Part shown: one piece after another, positions 12,671 to 26,604 of the stretch | Numbering within the stretch: the first letter of the stretch is position 1 | Layout of the letters: each line of letters opens with the position of its first letter | NCBI GenBank assembly: GCA_003971905.1 | Contig: RSEE01000008.1 | Span: forward strand, 1 to 64,000 | From: Moniliella sp. 'wahieum' | Lineage: Eukaryota | Direction of reading: 5' to 3' | DNA: 64,000 nucleotides | Notes under the pieces: model-generated | The model's input: the letters and a program-made list of their open reading frames with translations, nothing else | The model's database searches: none | Told to the model about the DNA's origin: nothing | Made by a program: the position numbers and the translations under genes

Positions 12671-14117
12671 ATGCGTAAGAAGCTGGTGCTCATGGGGCGC
12701 TCTGGGTGCGGGAAGACGTCGATGCGCAGCGTGATCTTTTCTGGCTACCGTCCCAACGACACTGCCCGGCTCGGTACCACCGTCGGCCTCGAACATACTC
12801 ACATCAACTTTCTTACCAGTCTCAAGCTCAATCTGTGGGACTGTGGCGGGCAGGACAGCTACATTGAGCTGGCTCAACCGAAAAGCAGATGAGATCTTCA
12901 CGGGAGTGCAATTGCTTGTCTATGTGTACGACGTGCGCGGGGATCAATTCGAGATGTCTCTGGATGAGAACTACTTCCGGTAGGTGCAGTGACGTTGCGA
13001 CGTTTTGGTCCCGATCTTCCAGGTGCCAAGGACTAACGATCTGGGGCAGAGATTGCGTCAACGTACTGCAGCGTTTGTCCCCTGGCACACCAGTCATCTG
13101 TCTGCTGCACAAGATGGACCTGATTCGGGAGGAGGACCAGAACGAGGTGTTTGAAAGTGTCAAGGCGCGCCTTGAGGGGCGAGGCGATCCTCGACTGAAA
13201 GGCCGCTTTGAGTCCCCCAACGTCCGCTACTTTCCTACTAGTATCCATGATGAATCGCTTTACAAGGTATGCACCCTCCCCCCTCGCTCTACCCTTGACA
13301 CCGGTCCGGCTGACAACGCCTCGACCAGGCTTGGTCGCGCATCATGCGTACCCTGATCCCCGAGTACGTTGAGGCCCTCGAGTACCGATTGTCGAACCTA
13401 GCCCGCGGCTGCTCTGCCGCCGAAGTAGTGCTTCTGGAATACTCGACCTTACTTTTGATCGCTCGCAGCACGGCGCATGAGGATGTGCAACGGGGAGAGC
13501 AAGAGGAAGGGCGGTCACCGAGCGGGTCCAACGGCGCGCGGTCGAGCACCAGCTCGCCGTATGACTCGGATTCATCAGGATTGGACGATGATTCGACCCC
13601 ACACAGCATGGGGAGCATCAGCAGCAGCTCGGACAACGCCTTTTCCGACTCGGGGCTTTTCCAACGGCATTCTCAGCCCCAATCGATTCGAGACAATTAC
13701 GACTATGGTCAAAAAGCTGCGCGAGGTGACACGGTGCGTCTGCTTCCCAAACCTCGACCCCCCCCCCCGTTTGGTACTTTGCTTGAGGCCACTTACTTAC
13801 CAAGCACCTGCCCAACCAACCCATTGTGAGATACAGGAGGCAGCAGTCCAACTTTGCTGGATTCGAGATTCGGACAGGCGCATTTACCGCGTACATGGAC
13901 CAGCTCACCCGCCACATGATCATACTCGTCGTGGTGGCTGATCCCAGTATCGGTACGTTGTGCTATTGGCATGGAGGTGGAAGAATAGGTGCGGACTTGG
14001 CGGGGTGGGCGCTGACCATACCATTGTTGTCCGTTGGTAGAGTTGCCTGCGATCAAGATCAACGTCGACATGTCCCGAGCCGAGTTCAGGAGGCAAGAGG
14101 ACGAGAGCTTGACGTAG
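12671..14117 (+). CDS. GTR1: Rag GTPase Gtr1/RagA
   Basis: [53 protein letters not shown]. Multiple introns; last exon [15 protein letters not shown]...LT*. Confidence 0.9.
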
Positions 14118-14730
14118 ACAGCAGGCTGCCGGAGGTTCCCTCCAGGCGGCTTGCGCCAATAAAATCTCATCTCCCAGAGCACCTGGCCCTGCCATTGCCA
14201 TCGCCAGAGTAGGCGGTGGAAGGGCGGGAGAAGTTAGCTAACCGCAGCACGTGACGGCGTGGGCGTGGCAACCAGAACCCGCAGGGACGGAGCGCGGTGG
14301 GTGGCTGGTGATCGTGACGCGTGAGGACCAGCGGTGGTGCGTGCGCCTGCGGGAGTATGTATGTGGCGGTCGCGTGAAAGCGGCTGTGGTTGGGTCTTAC
14401 ATTTTCCATCGGCCCAGTGTGCGCAGTGTTTGAGTTTTCCCAACACACCAGCACCCAGCACCGCACTACCGCACCCCAGCACCCCAGCACCACTCGCACC
14501 GGGACGGAAGTGCGAGTTATAGCTACAGTTGCTGATGATCGGCACGTGTGCTTCTCTGGCGCACCCCCTGCAGGCGCGCTGCTAGGCTGGCAGATTCCAG
14601 ATGACGTAACCCCCGCTATGCGTTGCCTTTCCTCCAGCCTCTGTCTTCGCCTTTGGCCCACCACCGCTTCCAGCGCCTGCGCGTCGGCCCCGCCCGCGAC
14701 CCCTCGCCCTTGCCCTTGCCCTTGCCCACG

Positions 14731-16301
14731 ATGGCCGTGCTGGACTACATCCCCGCCTCGCGCCGCGCCAACCTGTGGAACTACCGCTACAGCGGCACCG
14801 ACAAGTCGCTCCTGAGCAAGCACCTGCTTGGGCCCTACTGGACCTGGCTCGTCTCCTTCTTCCCCACCTGGGTTGCGCCCAACACCCACCCTCTCCGGCT
14901 TGGTCTTGATCGCCATCAACCTCCTCACCCTCTTCTGGTACGACGCCTCGATGCAGGCTGGCACTGCGGCCCAGGAGATCAAGATCGTGTCTCTTCCCCA
15001 AGCCATCACAGAGCATGCGTCCCGCGGCGGCCTGCCTCCGGTCCGGCCTCTCTGGCCTAGCTATGGCGTGCCCAAGAGCGTCCTCACTGCTGAGCCTGCC
15101 AATGGCATCTCTTTTTCTTCCCTCCTCACTGGCAAAGGCGGGGCATTACCCGTTCCCACTTGGCTCTATCTCACGTAAGTTCATTCGCCTCTTCCTGTGT
15201 GTCATTGGCCTCACCGCTAACTTGGACAGCTTTTCGGTGGGGTTGTTCATGTACCAATCTCTCGACTCGATTGATGGAAAGCAGGCCCGGCGTACAGGCA
15301 TGGCCGGCCCTTTGGGTGAAATGTTTGATCACGGTTGCGACGCGCTCAACACGACCCTGGAGTGCATTCTCTGCTGCCAGGCTCTTAATGTCGGGCGCAG
15401 CTACTGGACCATCATGTCTATGATTGCAACCTTGTCCAACTTTTATCTGACGACCTGGGAGGAATACCATACTGGCACCCTTTATCTTTCCGCGTTCAGT
15501 GGCCCGGTGGAGGGCATCCTGCTCATCTGCGCCGTCTATGCACTTACGAGTTTGTTTGGTGGCCCCGCTTTCTGGGACCGCGGACTACTGGACATCACCC
15601 AACTGTACCGCCTTGACTTTGTCCAGTCATCGCCCGCCTTGCTCCGGTTCAACTATCCGCTGAACGAACTATTCTTGGCCCTGTCAGGGGTAGGACTGTT
15701 GGTCAACGTGTTGACGAGCTATGGCAATGTGGCCGTGTCACGCAAGCACCGGGGTCTGTCGGCTGTCACGCCAGTGTTGGGCTACTGCCATTTGTGGTGC
15801 AAGTAGTGGCGGTTTCCACCTGGTTCACCGCGCAAAAGTCCCAGATCATGGCCGATCCGTACACCTTCATTCCTTTCTGCCTCTTTTGGGGCATGGCATT
15901 TGCCTACAATGTCGGTCTCATGATTGTGGCCCATGTGACGCAGGCTCCATTCCCTACTGGAACCTGATGCTGGTATGGATCTGCCTTGGGGGGCCGATGC
16001 TCGCTTCTCCCTGGTGCAGTCCTCTCCGATGACCATCCGGTACGCCATCTATGGCTCCTTGCTTTTCGCCACAGTTCTCTATCTCCATTTTGCGCATTAT
16101 GTCATTACTACCATTACCACTGAATTTGGCACGGCCTGCTTCAAGGTCATCCCTCCCAAAAAGCGGCCAGACTCGCCCGCGAATGCTAACGGTGCATCGG
16201 CCATCGTCCCTCCCGTGGCTGCCACCGGTACAGCTGCCAATGGTACTGCTGCTTCGACGTCTGTCGCCCCCTCTGGTTCGCAACTACACAAGCGGGCCTA
16301 G
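14731..16301 (+). CDS. Choline/ethanolamine phosphotransferase (Cpt1/Ept1 family)
   Basis: YRYSGTDKSLLSKHLLGPYW; CDP-alcohol phosphotransferase motif QSLDSIDGKQARRTGMAGPLGEMFDHGCD; TWEEYHTGTLYL, GPVEG. Intron ~15175-15229; frameshifts. Confidence 0.92.
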
Positions 16302-18329
16302 TAGCAACCTTCGAAAAGACGGGTTGAGTTTGGCTAGGCCTGGTGTGCTCGCATCTTTCATCCCGTATATCCCCCCCCCCCCCCCCCCCCGATGCTGCAC
16401 TTGCAATTCAATTCATGGCCTTTCTGATGAGCCCTTTGGCCTTACTGGCCTTACCAAAAAGTAATTTGTTGACTGAATTCACTGCTTCGTTGGACCGGTA
16501 GCAGATAGTTGTCTGCTCTTTACTACGTTGTGGCCGAGCGGGGTTTTTTCAGTCGACAGTAGAACTTAGGCTCCGAGCCAAAGAGTGCGGTTGCTTGGCT
16601 TTTCCACTAACCGCGCCCGGTCAGTCCACCTTCTCCAGCGTCACCCCGCCAAGCGCATCTCGGCCCGAAGCGCGTTGGCACGCCCTCAATCGCCTGCAGC
16701 CCGATGAGGAAACCGAGATTTGACCGTTCCCCATGAAACAGCACGGGAGATCGGAAATCCACTGGGTAAATGGAACCTCATTTCATATGGACCAAAAGGC
16801 AGGCCATGTGGGATAGCATTGTGCCCACGGATAAGTGTTTTTGGCTCATCAGGCGTCCATCCTGCTGCCAGATCTGCTCAGGCAATGGGCACACAGGGAC
16901 GACTGGTGCAGCCCCGCTGAAGATAGGATTTCGTTGGTCCTTTTCACACTGCTTTGACTTGAACGGACCAGAGCGGACCGTACCAGTCTGATAATGAATA
17001 CAGGTGATGCCAGGTTACATTTGCCGACCAGTTTGCCGTACAATAACTGGGGTGAAACATCAATTAGCGCACAGCAACCAGACCTGCTTCACCCGTTGTA
17101 TCGTTAGTGCCCCTGTCTGTCCTCGCAACGGGGCTGGAAAGTGACGATTCGTGATACGTTGCCGGGTCACACGCATATCGAAATAGTATACGTTGACGTC
17201 GTTCTTCTCCTGCTGCATGGTATAACCACAAATGTGAGTCTCTAGAGCATGCCCAGGCTGATTGCCACAACCTTATTGCCACGATCGCATGTCAAAGGTT
17301 TTGTAACGTAAATGGCGTGAGAATCAATGTAGTACGGTTCGAGGCGCAAGATGGGGTCCCCTTCAATCCTCACTGCTTGGGTCGGCACAGTGTCATCGAA
17401 GAAACCGAGTCGAGCAGATAGGTTCGACGCCTGCCCTTGGTAGAAAAGACAGGCTGGATCTCAACTCAGGATTCGAGAACATTCGCGACGCGAAGGGAAA
17501 AAGATATCAGTTTAGATGAACAGCCGTGGTGCCTAAAGACGTACCATTTCCACCACTGTTCCAGCAACAGGTGAACCACATTTCGGGTGTACGTGGTTCC
17601 TACTTTCTTGACAAGTCGCGGGGCTGGACTGTGGATCAGTTTGCGCCCTTTCGTATGAACCGCGCTGTACGTGGGGACAGGATACACCGCAGGTATCCTC
17701 GACTTGGTGAATGTCATCAGTGACAGGACCAGCTTCGTGAGCTCTCGCGGCACATACTTTGTGGTAAACACACCTGGATGATATTGATGACAGCAATGAA
17801 CGGGTTCGGAAAAAGGGCGCGAGAACATATTGCTAGTAATCGGGCAGAGGCAGCGTATTGTTTCCGACAGACCCTCAATACAGAGCCGGAGATTACGAAG
17901 GAGTGCGTCTTCTTGCGAGGAACCAGGCTTTGGGGCGCTCTGAGTTGATCGCCGCTCTGGCTTGGATCCGGCATGCAGCTCCGATGCCGCTTCTCGGGTT
18001 CGGTATGCGGGCCAGCCGACTGGGCAATGCCCGTTTCAGCGTTGTTTTACATCCAGACATCTTCCACATCACCATTCTGCGTGGGAGACCAAGGGGGCGA
18101 CCTAGAGAGGAGCCGAGGGGGTAAATTCAGGGGAGATCACGTCTGACATAATGTCGGATGGGTCAGCAGAGATAGGTATGCGCTCGCCGGTTGGAACCAG
18201 ATGAGATCGTGCTTGCGCGCCGGCGCGCATTGTGCGCGAATGAGATCTGCTGCAGTGTCCGGTGTTGCAGCTGGGTTATTGGACGGGACCCAGCGTGCTG
18301 ACTGATATGACTTTGGTGACATCAGACGT

Positions 18330-19070
18330 CACTGTGTCGAAAAGACGAGTACGGGTATCGACGACATCCGATGCACATCCAATAGCTGGCAGTGTAGGGC
18401 ATTCTTGCAGCCGAATATAGCTGAAGCCTTGTCCGCTATCTTGGTGCCGTAGTATCCTCGCGTCGTCATAACCAAGGGGGAAAACGGCCTCTTGAGTGCG
18501 TCCCTGGTACTTGGCGTTCTTGTCGCATTCTGCTTGTTCCAGCAGCCGAAGCAGCTCCTTCTCCCGGCGTTCCAATGGCGTCGCGGTGCTCTCATGCACC
18601 ACCCTCCGGTACGCGCTCTGCGCCTCTTGCGTTCCCGTGTCGCGCAGCGTGTGGTCCACCTCTATTCCTAATCATCTGATTGCTCCAGGCCCCATCACGC
18701 AGTAGTCGGTGCGCTGTGCCCTCCGTCCGCACCTCGTCCCATCCTCTTCCTCCACAGTAGCTTCGTTGTGGATGTGGGTGTCGGGGATGGAGCGCACGAG
18801 CTGGAGAATGGGCCACCGCACTGCATCATGCACCGCACCAAGCTTGGCCTGGGTGCGGGCGCAAGCCATGATGTGCTCCGGGGAGGACATGACGCCGCAC
18901 TTACACATGCTGCGCGTGGAGCGGCACAGCGTGTGGAGCTGGAGACCAACCTGAACCTGCTTGTCAGAGAGCCGGAGGCACGGGGCGGATGGAATGGCGG
19001 AGAGCCAATTGTGGCTCAGCGGGTTGCTGTGCTCAACCACATGGCAACCATCCGCAGCGTCCAGCTTCTG
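18330..19070 (-). mobile_element. Truncated, degenerate CRE/Cnl1/MoTeR-like non-LTR retrotransposon (C-terminal zinc knuckle and RLE endonuclease)
   Basis: Across frames: WLSAIP..LRLSD; CKCG...EHIMAC (CCHC); HDAVR; RTDY...EVD; LEQAECDKNAKY; PLVMTTRGYYG. This is the motif order of RLE-type LINEs. 18428-18545 is near-identical to ~62513-62627. Confidence 0.8.
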
Positions 19071-19592
19071 GTGCAGCTCTTACTTAAGTTTAACGTTTAA
19101 CCCCTTCTGGCGGCGCCCGCCTGTGGCACCGGTGGCTGTGGCTGTGGGCTGGAAACGTACAAAACGGAACAGGGCCACTTGCTGCGACAAACTGCTCGCG
19201 CAGGCACTTGACAATGAGTACGTTTGGTATGCGTATAGGAGAGTAGTGGTGGTGGTAAATACCATCAGGTGCCTCTCAGGTGGAGGCATCAGGCACGTCA
19301 GTCATCAGGTCTGAGCCTCCGGCCTTGTCGAGGCGTGCTAACAAATCGCAGCAAAAAGAAGCCTTAGTATCAAGTTGTAAATTTCAAACGCCTTGATTGG
19401 TTGGTCAGAGCGCCACATTGCTTGTTGCGCCGAGTGTCTGATCGTCACACGACTCCCGCAAAGCCATTGTTCTGTAAAAAAAATCGACGGTACAGATACC
19501 GACACCGATTATCGGCAATGCTCTCTACATATCAGAACCTCAGAGCCTCCGGCCAGAGCCTCCGGCCCCTCAGTCCTCAGGGTCTCAGGCTT

Positions 19593-19767
19593 TGTAGAGG
19601 ACCAGAGAGCAGGCGGTTGATGGTGTGTATTGCGTTGTACAAGAGCTATAGGGGCTAGAGAATATTCCTTCCTGTGGACCTGCCCGCCAGGAAGGAATAT
19701 TGGAAGGATTGAACGGAAGGTTCCGGACTGGGGCTACCGCCACCACGTACACACGTGTGGCGTCACA
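19593..19767. mobile_element. Solo-LTR-like dispersed repeat, copy 2
   Basis: TGTAG...GTCACA; homologous to 563-727. Flanks GGCTT/GGTCT could be a decayed 5-bp target-site duplication. Confidence 0.55.
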
Positions 19768-22762
19768 GGTCTGAGCTTGGGCCTGAGCCTCAGGTAGCTG
19801 TGGGGAGGGGCTTACAGCTCACGCGCTCAGCGCTCACATGTCACAGCCCTTCAAGATTTAAAAAATGCTTTTCGGCCTCAGACCCCCGCCGTACTCACAA
19901 TGCGCTCCCATCTCAAGAGCACAGCAAAAAGCCAGAAACAAGGGGAAGCGAATCCTGGAACAGGTAACCGTCAGTAACGTACTAATCGAACTAATCCTTT
20001 TTTGTGGCGGCTTGGTGGGAACAGATAGATGCATGATGCATGTTGGGACAGGAGCGCAGGAGCAGGCAGGAGCGCCAAGCTGGATGGCAGACGGTCTCCG
20101 GTAGCCCGGGAACAGGGGTCCCCAGCGGGAATGCAGCGGAGCTCTGTGGCACTTGCCACCGTGGTGATGTGAACAGGTGAACGTGTTCAACGTTTAGTTC
20201 AACGTACTTAACGTTCAGTTGAACTAACCTTGTGAACCAGTGACCGGGACCCAGGCCCCAGGACTACAACCGGTAACCGGTAACCGGTGACCAAAAAAGA
20301 TCTGAGATCTCAGCCCTTCTGAGATGTGAGAAGATGTGAGACTCTGAGATGAGAGAGAGGCCACAGCCTGAGGCCCCTGGAGCGCGGAGACTTGAGGTTG
20401 AGTCACTCCAGTCTCTGGTCAGATCTCAGATCTCAGAGCTAATCAGCTAGTCACTAGTCAGGCCTCGGCTTCAGGCCACTCACGCGTCACGCCTCAGCCT
20501 CACCGACTTCACCGGTTAGTGGCTATTAGTGGGGAGCCATGCTGCATGCTAGCCATGTGCGATGGCAGGCACATAAGAGCGCACAGCACCACCGACGTGG
20601 CGCATGAGCCTCACGCCTCACGCCTCACCGGTGGTGAATGCTCGTTCATCGTCATCGATCATCCGTCGACATCCTTGTCCAACGTCCACCCATCCAACCT
20701 TCTGCAACGTGCGTTCAACACGTTCAACGTTCAATTGAACGTTGAGATCAACATCAATCCAATCCCACTCGCTCCAAACTTGGCTCGACATGCCATTGAA
20801 GATTGACATTGATATTGATCCTGCAACAAGTCGCCGGTCACCAAGTCACCGGCGTCTAACGCCTGACGTCGCTTAACGTTTAACGCTTACACGTAGCGCG
20901 TAACGCCCAACGCCTAACGCCTATCGACTATCGCTTCTACCCACCACACGACCGCTCGCGGCAAAACGTCGAGAAGCAACAGCTCAAGCTGAACGCTGAG
21001 GCGCTGAGGTGGGTTTAAAGGTCCTTAAAGCTTAAGGTCTAAGGTCTAAGATCTAAGGCCTGCTGTGGCCCTGAGGCTCTGAGTGCAAGACCAGGCGAGA
21101 CCTGAAAGCTCTGGTGCATGATGCTTTTGAAGAGCGAGTGGGGCCATCAGGCATCATGCATCATGCATCAACGTCAACGCACCAACCATTTCCTATTTTA
21201 AAGCGTTCTCCACGTTCATTGATCATCGATCATCATGTTCATGCAGCATCAACGACATTGTCGTCGACATCGGTGGGAGACTTGGAAAGCGTGGAAAGTT
21301 CCAGCATGGAAAGCTTGGTGGCCTGCTTACGCGCACGCGCGTCCTGGTCATGCGATTCAATAAGAAAAGCAGTGGCGCTCGTAACTAGTAACTAGTAAGA
21401 AGCTAGAACGCATGTCGAATTGCACAGTTGCTTGGCCAAAGAGGCTAGGAGTATGTAGGTGGAGAAGCAGGAGCTCTGGGGGACTATCTAGTGCTCCGCG
21501 CTTAGAGTAGTATAAAGTAATTCAGTACTCACTCAGAACTTCAAGTACTTAGGATTCAATATTCAGTGGCGGCGTCGGAGGGACCGAAGGCACCCTGGGC
21601 GAGGGTGTGGTGGGTGGTGGGGTTCTAAAGAAGGAGTTCGTGGGGGTGGGCAGAGCAGTGCATGGTTGCAGGCTCGCCCTAGGCCTCAGGGCCTCAGGGC
21701 TTCAGGCTCAGGGCGTCACGCGTCAGTACTCAGTGTAGGTAGACCGAGTACAGAGTGGAGCGTACCAGCCCAGCCAGGCCGTCTGAGAACCCAGAGAATT
21801 GAAACAGGCGGAGCAGGGCGGAGAAGCGCGGCGGGTACGGAGCAAGAAGACAAAAACCAAGCACGGAAACGAGTGGCGAGAGGCGAGAGGCGAATGGTCG
21901 GTGAAGATGTGAATGATAGTGGGGAGGGTGATGCATGATGGGCGGGGCGGGTGAGGAAGAGTTTTCGAGGCGGGGAGAGGAGAGGAGCGCTACTCGGTAC
22001 GAGGTGTGCCGCGAAAATTCTTACGTTATCCAGCCGGAGCGCCAGTCTTTGGCTGCTATCTGGGGCAGCACGCTCCGATGGATGAGATCGATGATCGCTG
22101 GTCTGAGCGATCTGAGCTCGAGAGCGCGTGAGCGCTGAGAATCGAGCAGTACGCTACCGAGCCTGTGGAGATGGGAGATCAGCTGGCGCTGCCAGTGCCG
22201 TGCCCAACACATGCCACGCCACGCCACGCCACGCCAGCCATGGCGGTGGGAGGCAGCAGAGAGGAGGTGTACGTTGCCAGACGCGCCTGGGGCGGCTCGG
22301 GTGGCATCTGTGGCCCATAGGCTCTGCCAGTGCTCGGCTCCGGGCCCCTTCTCACCTTGTCTGGGATCTGAGCCACGGACAGGTGGCTGGACAGGCAGGG
22401 TCCGCTGGGGTCCTCTTCTTCCGGCCCCTTGTCGTGCAAGCAGTGGGCCACTCACCGCGCTGCCGCGCACTAGCCCGCACCAACTCCACGCAGACGTGCA
22501 ACATTTTGCCAACGTTCACCGGTCACCGACCGTTCAGCGTCCGACACCTGCAGCCCGCCGACCGTCTCTTATACCGCCTCCGTCCATCCCCCGGCCCCGG
22601 CCCCCTCCCCTTCCTCCTCTTCTTCGCCCGACCATAACCCCTTCTCCCCCTCCAGCCAGCGGACAGACATACCCGCGCGCGTTCGCTCCTCTTCACTTGT
22701 CTGCTTGAACGTTCCTCCCCAACCTCTTCTTTTCCAGCCCCCAACTTCGCTTTGCTCGCACC

Positions 22763-23316
22763 ATGAACGCCTACGCTTCCGACTTTTCGGCACCTTCTGC
22801 ATGCCCTTTTTGGGCCAATGTGCGTCCCAACCTGCCCCCTCTGTCCCAGCCCTGTGTCTTTTGCGTATTGACCCACCGCCTGGCTTTCCCGCAGTCCGCA
22901 TCTGCCAAATCTCTGCACCTGTGCCTGCTTGGACCACCGTTTCGGCTGTGGCTGGGACGCTGGTGAATTTGACCACTCGGACCAGGACGTGGACGATGCT
23001 GCTGCGGCGGCCGCGGCGGAGCGGCGCAAGCAAGCCCGCCTGGCCAAGAAGGGGGGGACCGAGCATGACCCCCTCCGCCAGCTACGCGCCCACGGCTGAA
23101 CCCGACACTTCTGCCGATGAGAAGCAACACTCCGACACGGAGGCAGAGGCCAAAGTCGAGCCCAAGCCCGAGGCTGAGACCACGCCGAACCCATTGTTCC
23201 TGTCCACCAACCATCGGCGGATCACCACCCCTCTCCGCCGAGCCAGTAATTCTCCGCCCAAGATACCGCGTACCCCGCATTCAACCCCGAGGTCGTTTAA
23301 TGATGTACTTGGGTGA
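22763..23316 (+). CDS. Hypothetical protein (partial model)
   Basis: ATG after a CT-rich leader, probable intron GTGCGT..CAG at 22820-22894, charged coding-like segment (DQDVDDAAAAAAAERRKQARLAKK). No family recognised; frameshifted; 3' end unknown. Confidence 0.3.
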
Positions 23317-24585
23317 GCTTAGGTTCTCCTTCCTGGCTGGACACAACGGGCCTCCGATCTCATGGCTCAAGCCTCAAGTCTCAAGTCACCTTCACTCTCT
23401 TTCTGCCGACTGCACCCATCGTCCCCCCCCCCCCCGCCCCTTCAGCTCTCTACTCGCGTTAGTTTTGCTTCGCTTCTTCTCTCCCTTTTTGCTGCCTGCT
23501 GCCTAGTCTACATGTCATTCCTTCCCCACTTTCCCGCCCGCACCTCACGCTTTTACTTCCAATGCGTTTTGCTTCGTTCTTGTTGGGCCGATCATATCGT
23601 GCGACCAAGGTCAAGCTCATGGTTATGGTCATGGTCATGGCAAAGTCAAGCTCTTGTCTCCCCACCTGGAACAGTCAAGTGAGCCAGGAAAGGAGACAGG
23701 GCCTCCTTTTGATCTGTCGCCGGTCCCAAATGACCGAGTCCCACTGATTCCTGCTTGCATGTCCCAAATGTTTTTGTTGGATGTGTCCCCTGCGCATGTC
23801 GATGACGCGGGGGACTCGTGATGAGTAACTGGAAGTCTCCTGCACAGCCGTCGGTATCCTGTAGCTGTTGATTGGGAGACACGCCTTCAATTGGCCTTCT
23901 TAGCACATAGGACCTCATGGGAAGCGAGATGGACGCGGTCGACGCTGTTAGGGGGGAGATGTGCAAAGTGTTTCGGTATCATGCGTCAGCACACCTTTTT
24001 TTCGCCTTCTGGGTTCTGCCTGATGGAAGCCTGATGCACCTGATCGTCCTGTCTACGTATGAGTTTCCGCGCGGGCAATGGTGGAAGTGCATACGACTTT
24101 GGACTTTCTCTTGGAGCCCTTGTCCTGGCTCGTACAGCCCGTACAGCCACGCTGTGAGCCCTCAGGCCTCAGGCCTGGGATCTTCAGACCTACTGCTTTG
24201 TTGGTTGCCTCGGGTCGGGGAGCATGCGTGGTGAGGCCTGAGGGCTGGCGGGGGCGCTGTCCACAAACATCTTATAGGGAACCCTCAGAGTGCACAGAGG
24301 TGCCCTGTGAGTGCAGATAGGAAGGCACTGCTTCATGCGTCATCTTGCGTTCGGTCGCCCAGCTGTCTGTGCCTATATCGCCACTCTACCTCCATCCCGA
24401 TCTAGTTCCCACACCCAAGAGTTCGGAAGTGGTGTGAAATGCGTGACAAAGAGGGAAGATGGGGAAGAAGGGGCGGGGTGGGGGGGGGAAGGAAAAGAGA
24501 GGAGATTGATGCAATGATAGATAGATGGGTGACTTGTTATTCCAGGGTAAACGAAGGTGCGGTAAACACATCAGGGGAGAAGAGT

Positions 24586-26604
24586 CTAGGCGAATGCTCG
24601 CAGGGGGCGGAAGATGCCGTGGCCGAGAGGGTGGAGACGACCGAGTCGGACCAGCTGGGCTGCCGTAGCCCAGAGCACGTTAAATGGGGATTCGGTAGGG
24701 GAGGGGGCATGGGAAACGCTAGCTGAGGGAGCAGCGGTGGAGGCAGCGGCTGTTCCGGGAGCCGAGGCGCTCTGAACCTTGTGGTCCATCAGGAAAGGAG
24801 AAACAGTGGATGCGTACGGAGGAGGACGCTCCGGCTTGGAAGGGAGAGGAGGTACGGGCGCAGGGCTGAAGGGGCCTGGGTCTGTAGGGATGGCAAGGTC
24901 ACCCAGTTGAGCCACGCTGAGTTGGTGCAGCCCTCGAGAGAGAGAAGCGAGGGGAGCATCTTCTTGTTGATAGGGAGCTTGGGAGAGTAGAATGGGGGGT
25001 CGTAATGGAGAAGCCCGAGAGAGCTGGCTTGTCAGGTTCCTCGTCGGATGCCAGGCCGGGCTCCACGTACCCATCCAACCCTTCGTCGGACGAAGATACT
25101 TTCATCCTCTCCCCCTCGTCCCCGTACTCCGCCTCTTGCTCGCTATCATCTCATTCGTATCATCAGTCATCGTCATCGTCATCGTCATCGTCACCATCCT
25201 CGTTGAGCATCTCCTCGATCGTCTGTAGCACTTCTTCAAATTGGGCGCGAATGATGGTCTGGCCCTCGGGCACACTGCCGTCTGCGGCAAGCCACTTGCG
25301 CCCGGTAGGATTTCCGTCTTTGTCCTTCACCTCGCTGCGCATCGCATCGATCTGGTGCAGGGCGAGGCGGTAGGGATAGAGGTCACGCATGGTGTAGGGT
25401 CCGCCGTATTTGAGAACCTCCTTTAAGCACTTGGAGATGGTGGACAACTTGTTGCTGATCGGCATGAGTTCCTCGCCGATAGGCTCGCTGGAGGCAACCA
25501 AGCGGTAGACCAACCCATAGCACCGTCGCAGCAGAAAGAGCAGGACCAATTGGCCTTCGGGTTGGTGTCCTTCCGAATCGATAAACTTTCCATTTACCCG
25601 CATCCGGTCAATCTCCTTCAGGGTCATTTGGTAGTTCCACAGATCCGTCTCGCGTAGCGTCCAGCGACGCGTGCGTGTCAGATCCTCCAGTTCCTTCTTG
25701 ATTCCCATCAGGCGGTCATAAATCGGCTGCAGCGTCATCGGCACTTCATCCGCCCGTACATTGATCTCGTGGCAAATCTCAAATCCCTCCTCGAGGATGC
25801 CAACAAGAATAGCCTGACCTGCCGGTACACTCGACCCACCTGGTCCCAAAAACTTGCCATCAACCCGTTTGGAATCGATCCGCCTCAGCTCTTCCTGCAA
25901 CGCCTTGACCTCCGCGCGAGGGATCTTAGGCCGGGCGGCAGCCGCGACAATTTGCCGCCGGAGCGAAATGAGGCGCTGATGGATGGGCACCAACTCGACC
26001 GATAGCACAGTGAGTGTGGCCTGCAAATTCCTTAGGACACGTAAACAAGTGTCGAGCTTGCGCATCATTAGCTTGGTCAAGGCAGGGGGGTGTTTGCCGG
26101 CCTCGGCATCGGCGCGAACCATGGCCTTGAGCTCAGTCAGACGGGTGGAAAACGGCTCGAGGTCCGCCTCAGTGTACACCCCGCCTTCACTGAGGTGGTC
26201 CAGGAGTTGCTTCATACAGCTTAGTTGGCAGAACGCAGCGGGCGTTTCGCGATTACGACCAATGGTGAGGAAAAGAGGGACAAGAGGGAAAAGACGTCGT
26301 TCAGCGTCGTGTCCACTCGGTTCCCGCATGGCACTTGGCTTTGAGCATGGCTCTCCTGGGCAGCCATGCTGGTGGTGGGCGCGTTGGCCCCAGCGGCGTC
26401 TTCGTCCTCGGCTGGGGTGGCATCGTGCTCATCACGAATGGCGTTGAGGCGAGTGACTTGCTTGATGACAGCCTTGTAGATGTCCAGCACGTCCTGAGCA
26501 CGGGTGTTGTACTGGCCGCTGTCCTTCTTGAGGCGGGTGAGGCGGTTGCGGATGTCGACGAGGGCTTCGAGGATGGGCTGCTCGGCGGCAGGAATTGCAG
26601 ACAT
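24586..26604 (-). CDS. Conserved fungal DUF2408 / Cub1 (YPL260W)-like protein
   Basis: MSAIPAAEQPILEALVDIRNRL, NRVDTTLNDVFSLLSL/FLTIGRNRETPA, WTLRETDLWNYQ, LLRRCYGLVYRL; acidic tail. Frameshifts at ~26270 and ~25160; 3' end approximate. Confidence 0.8.

Noticed and set aside
20160..21100. CRISPR-like array
   Set aside because: Eukaryotic context; no constant 25-40-bp repeat with unique spacers, only 7-9-bp stutters.
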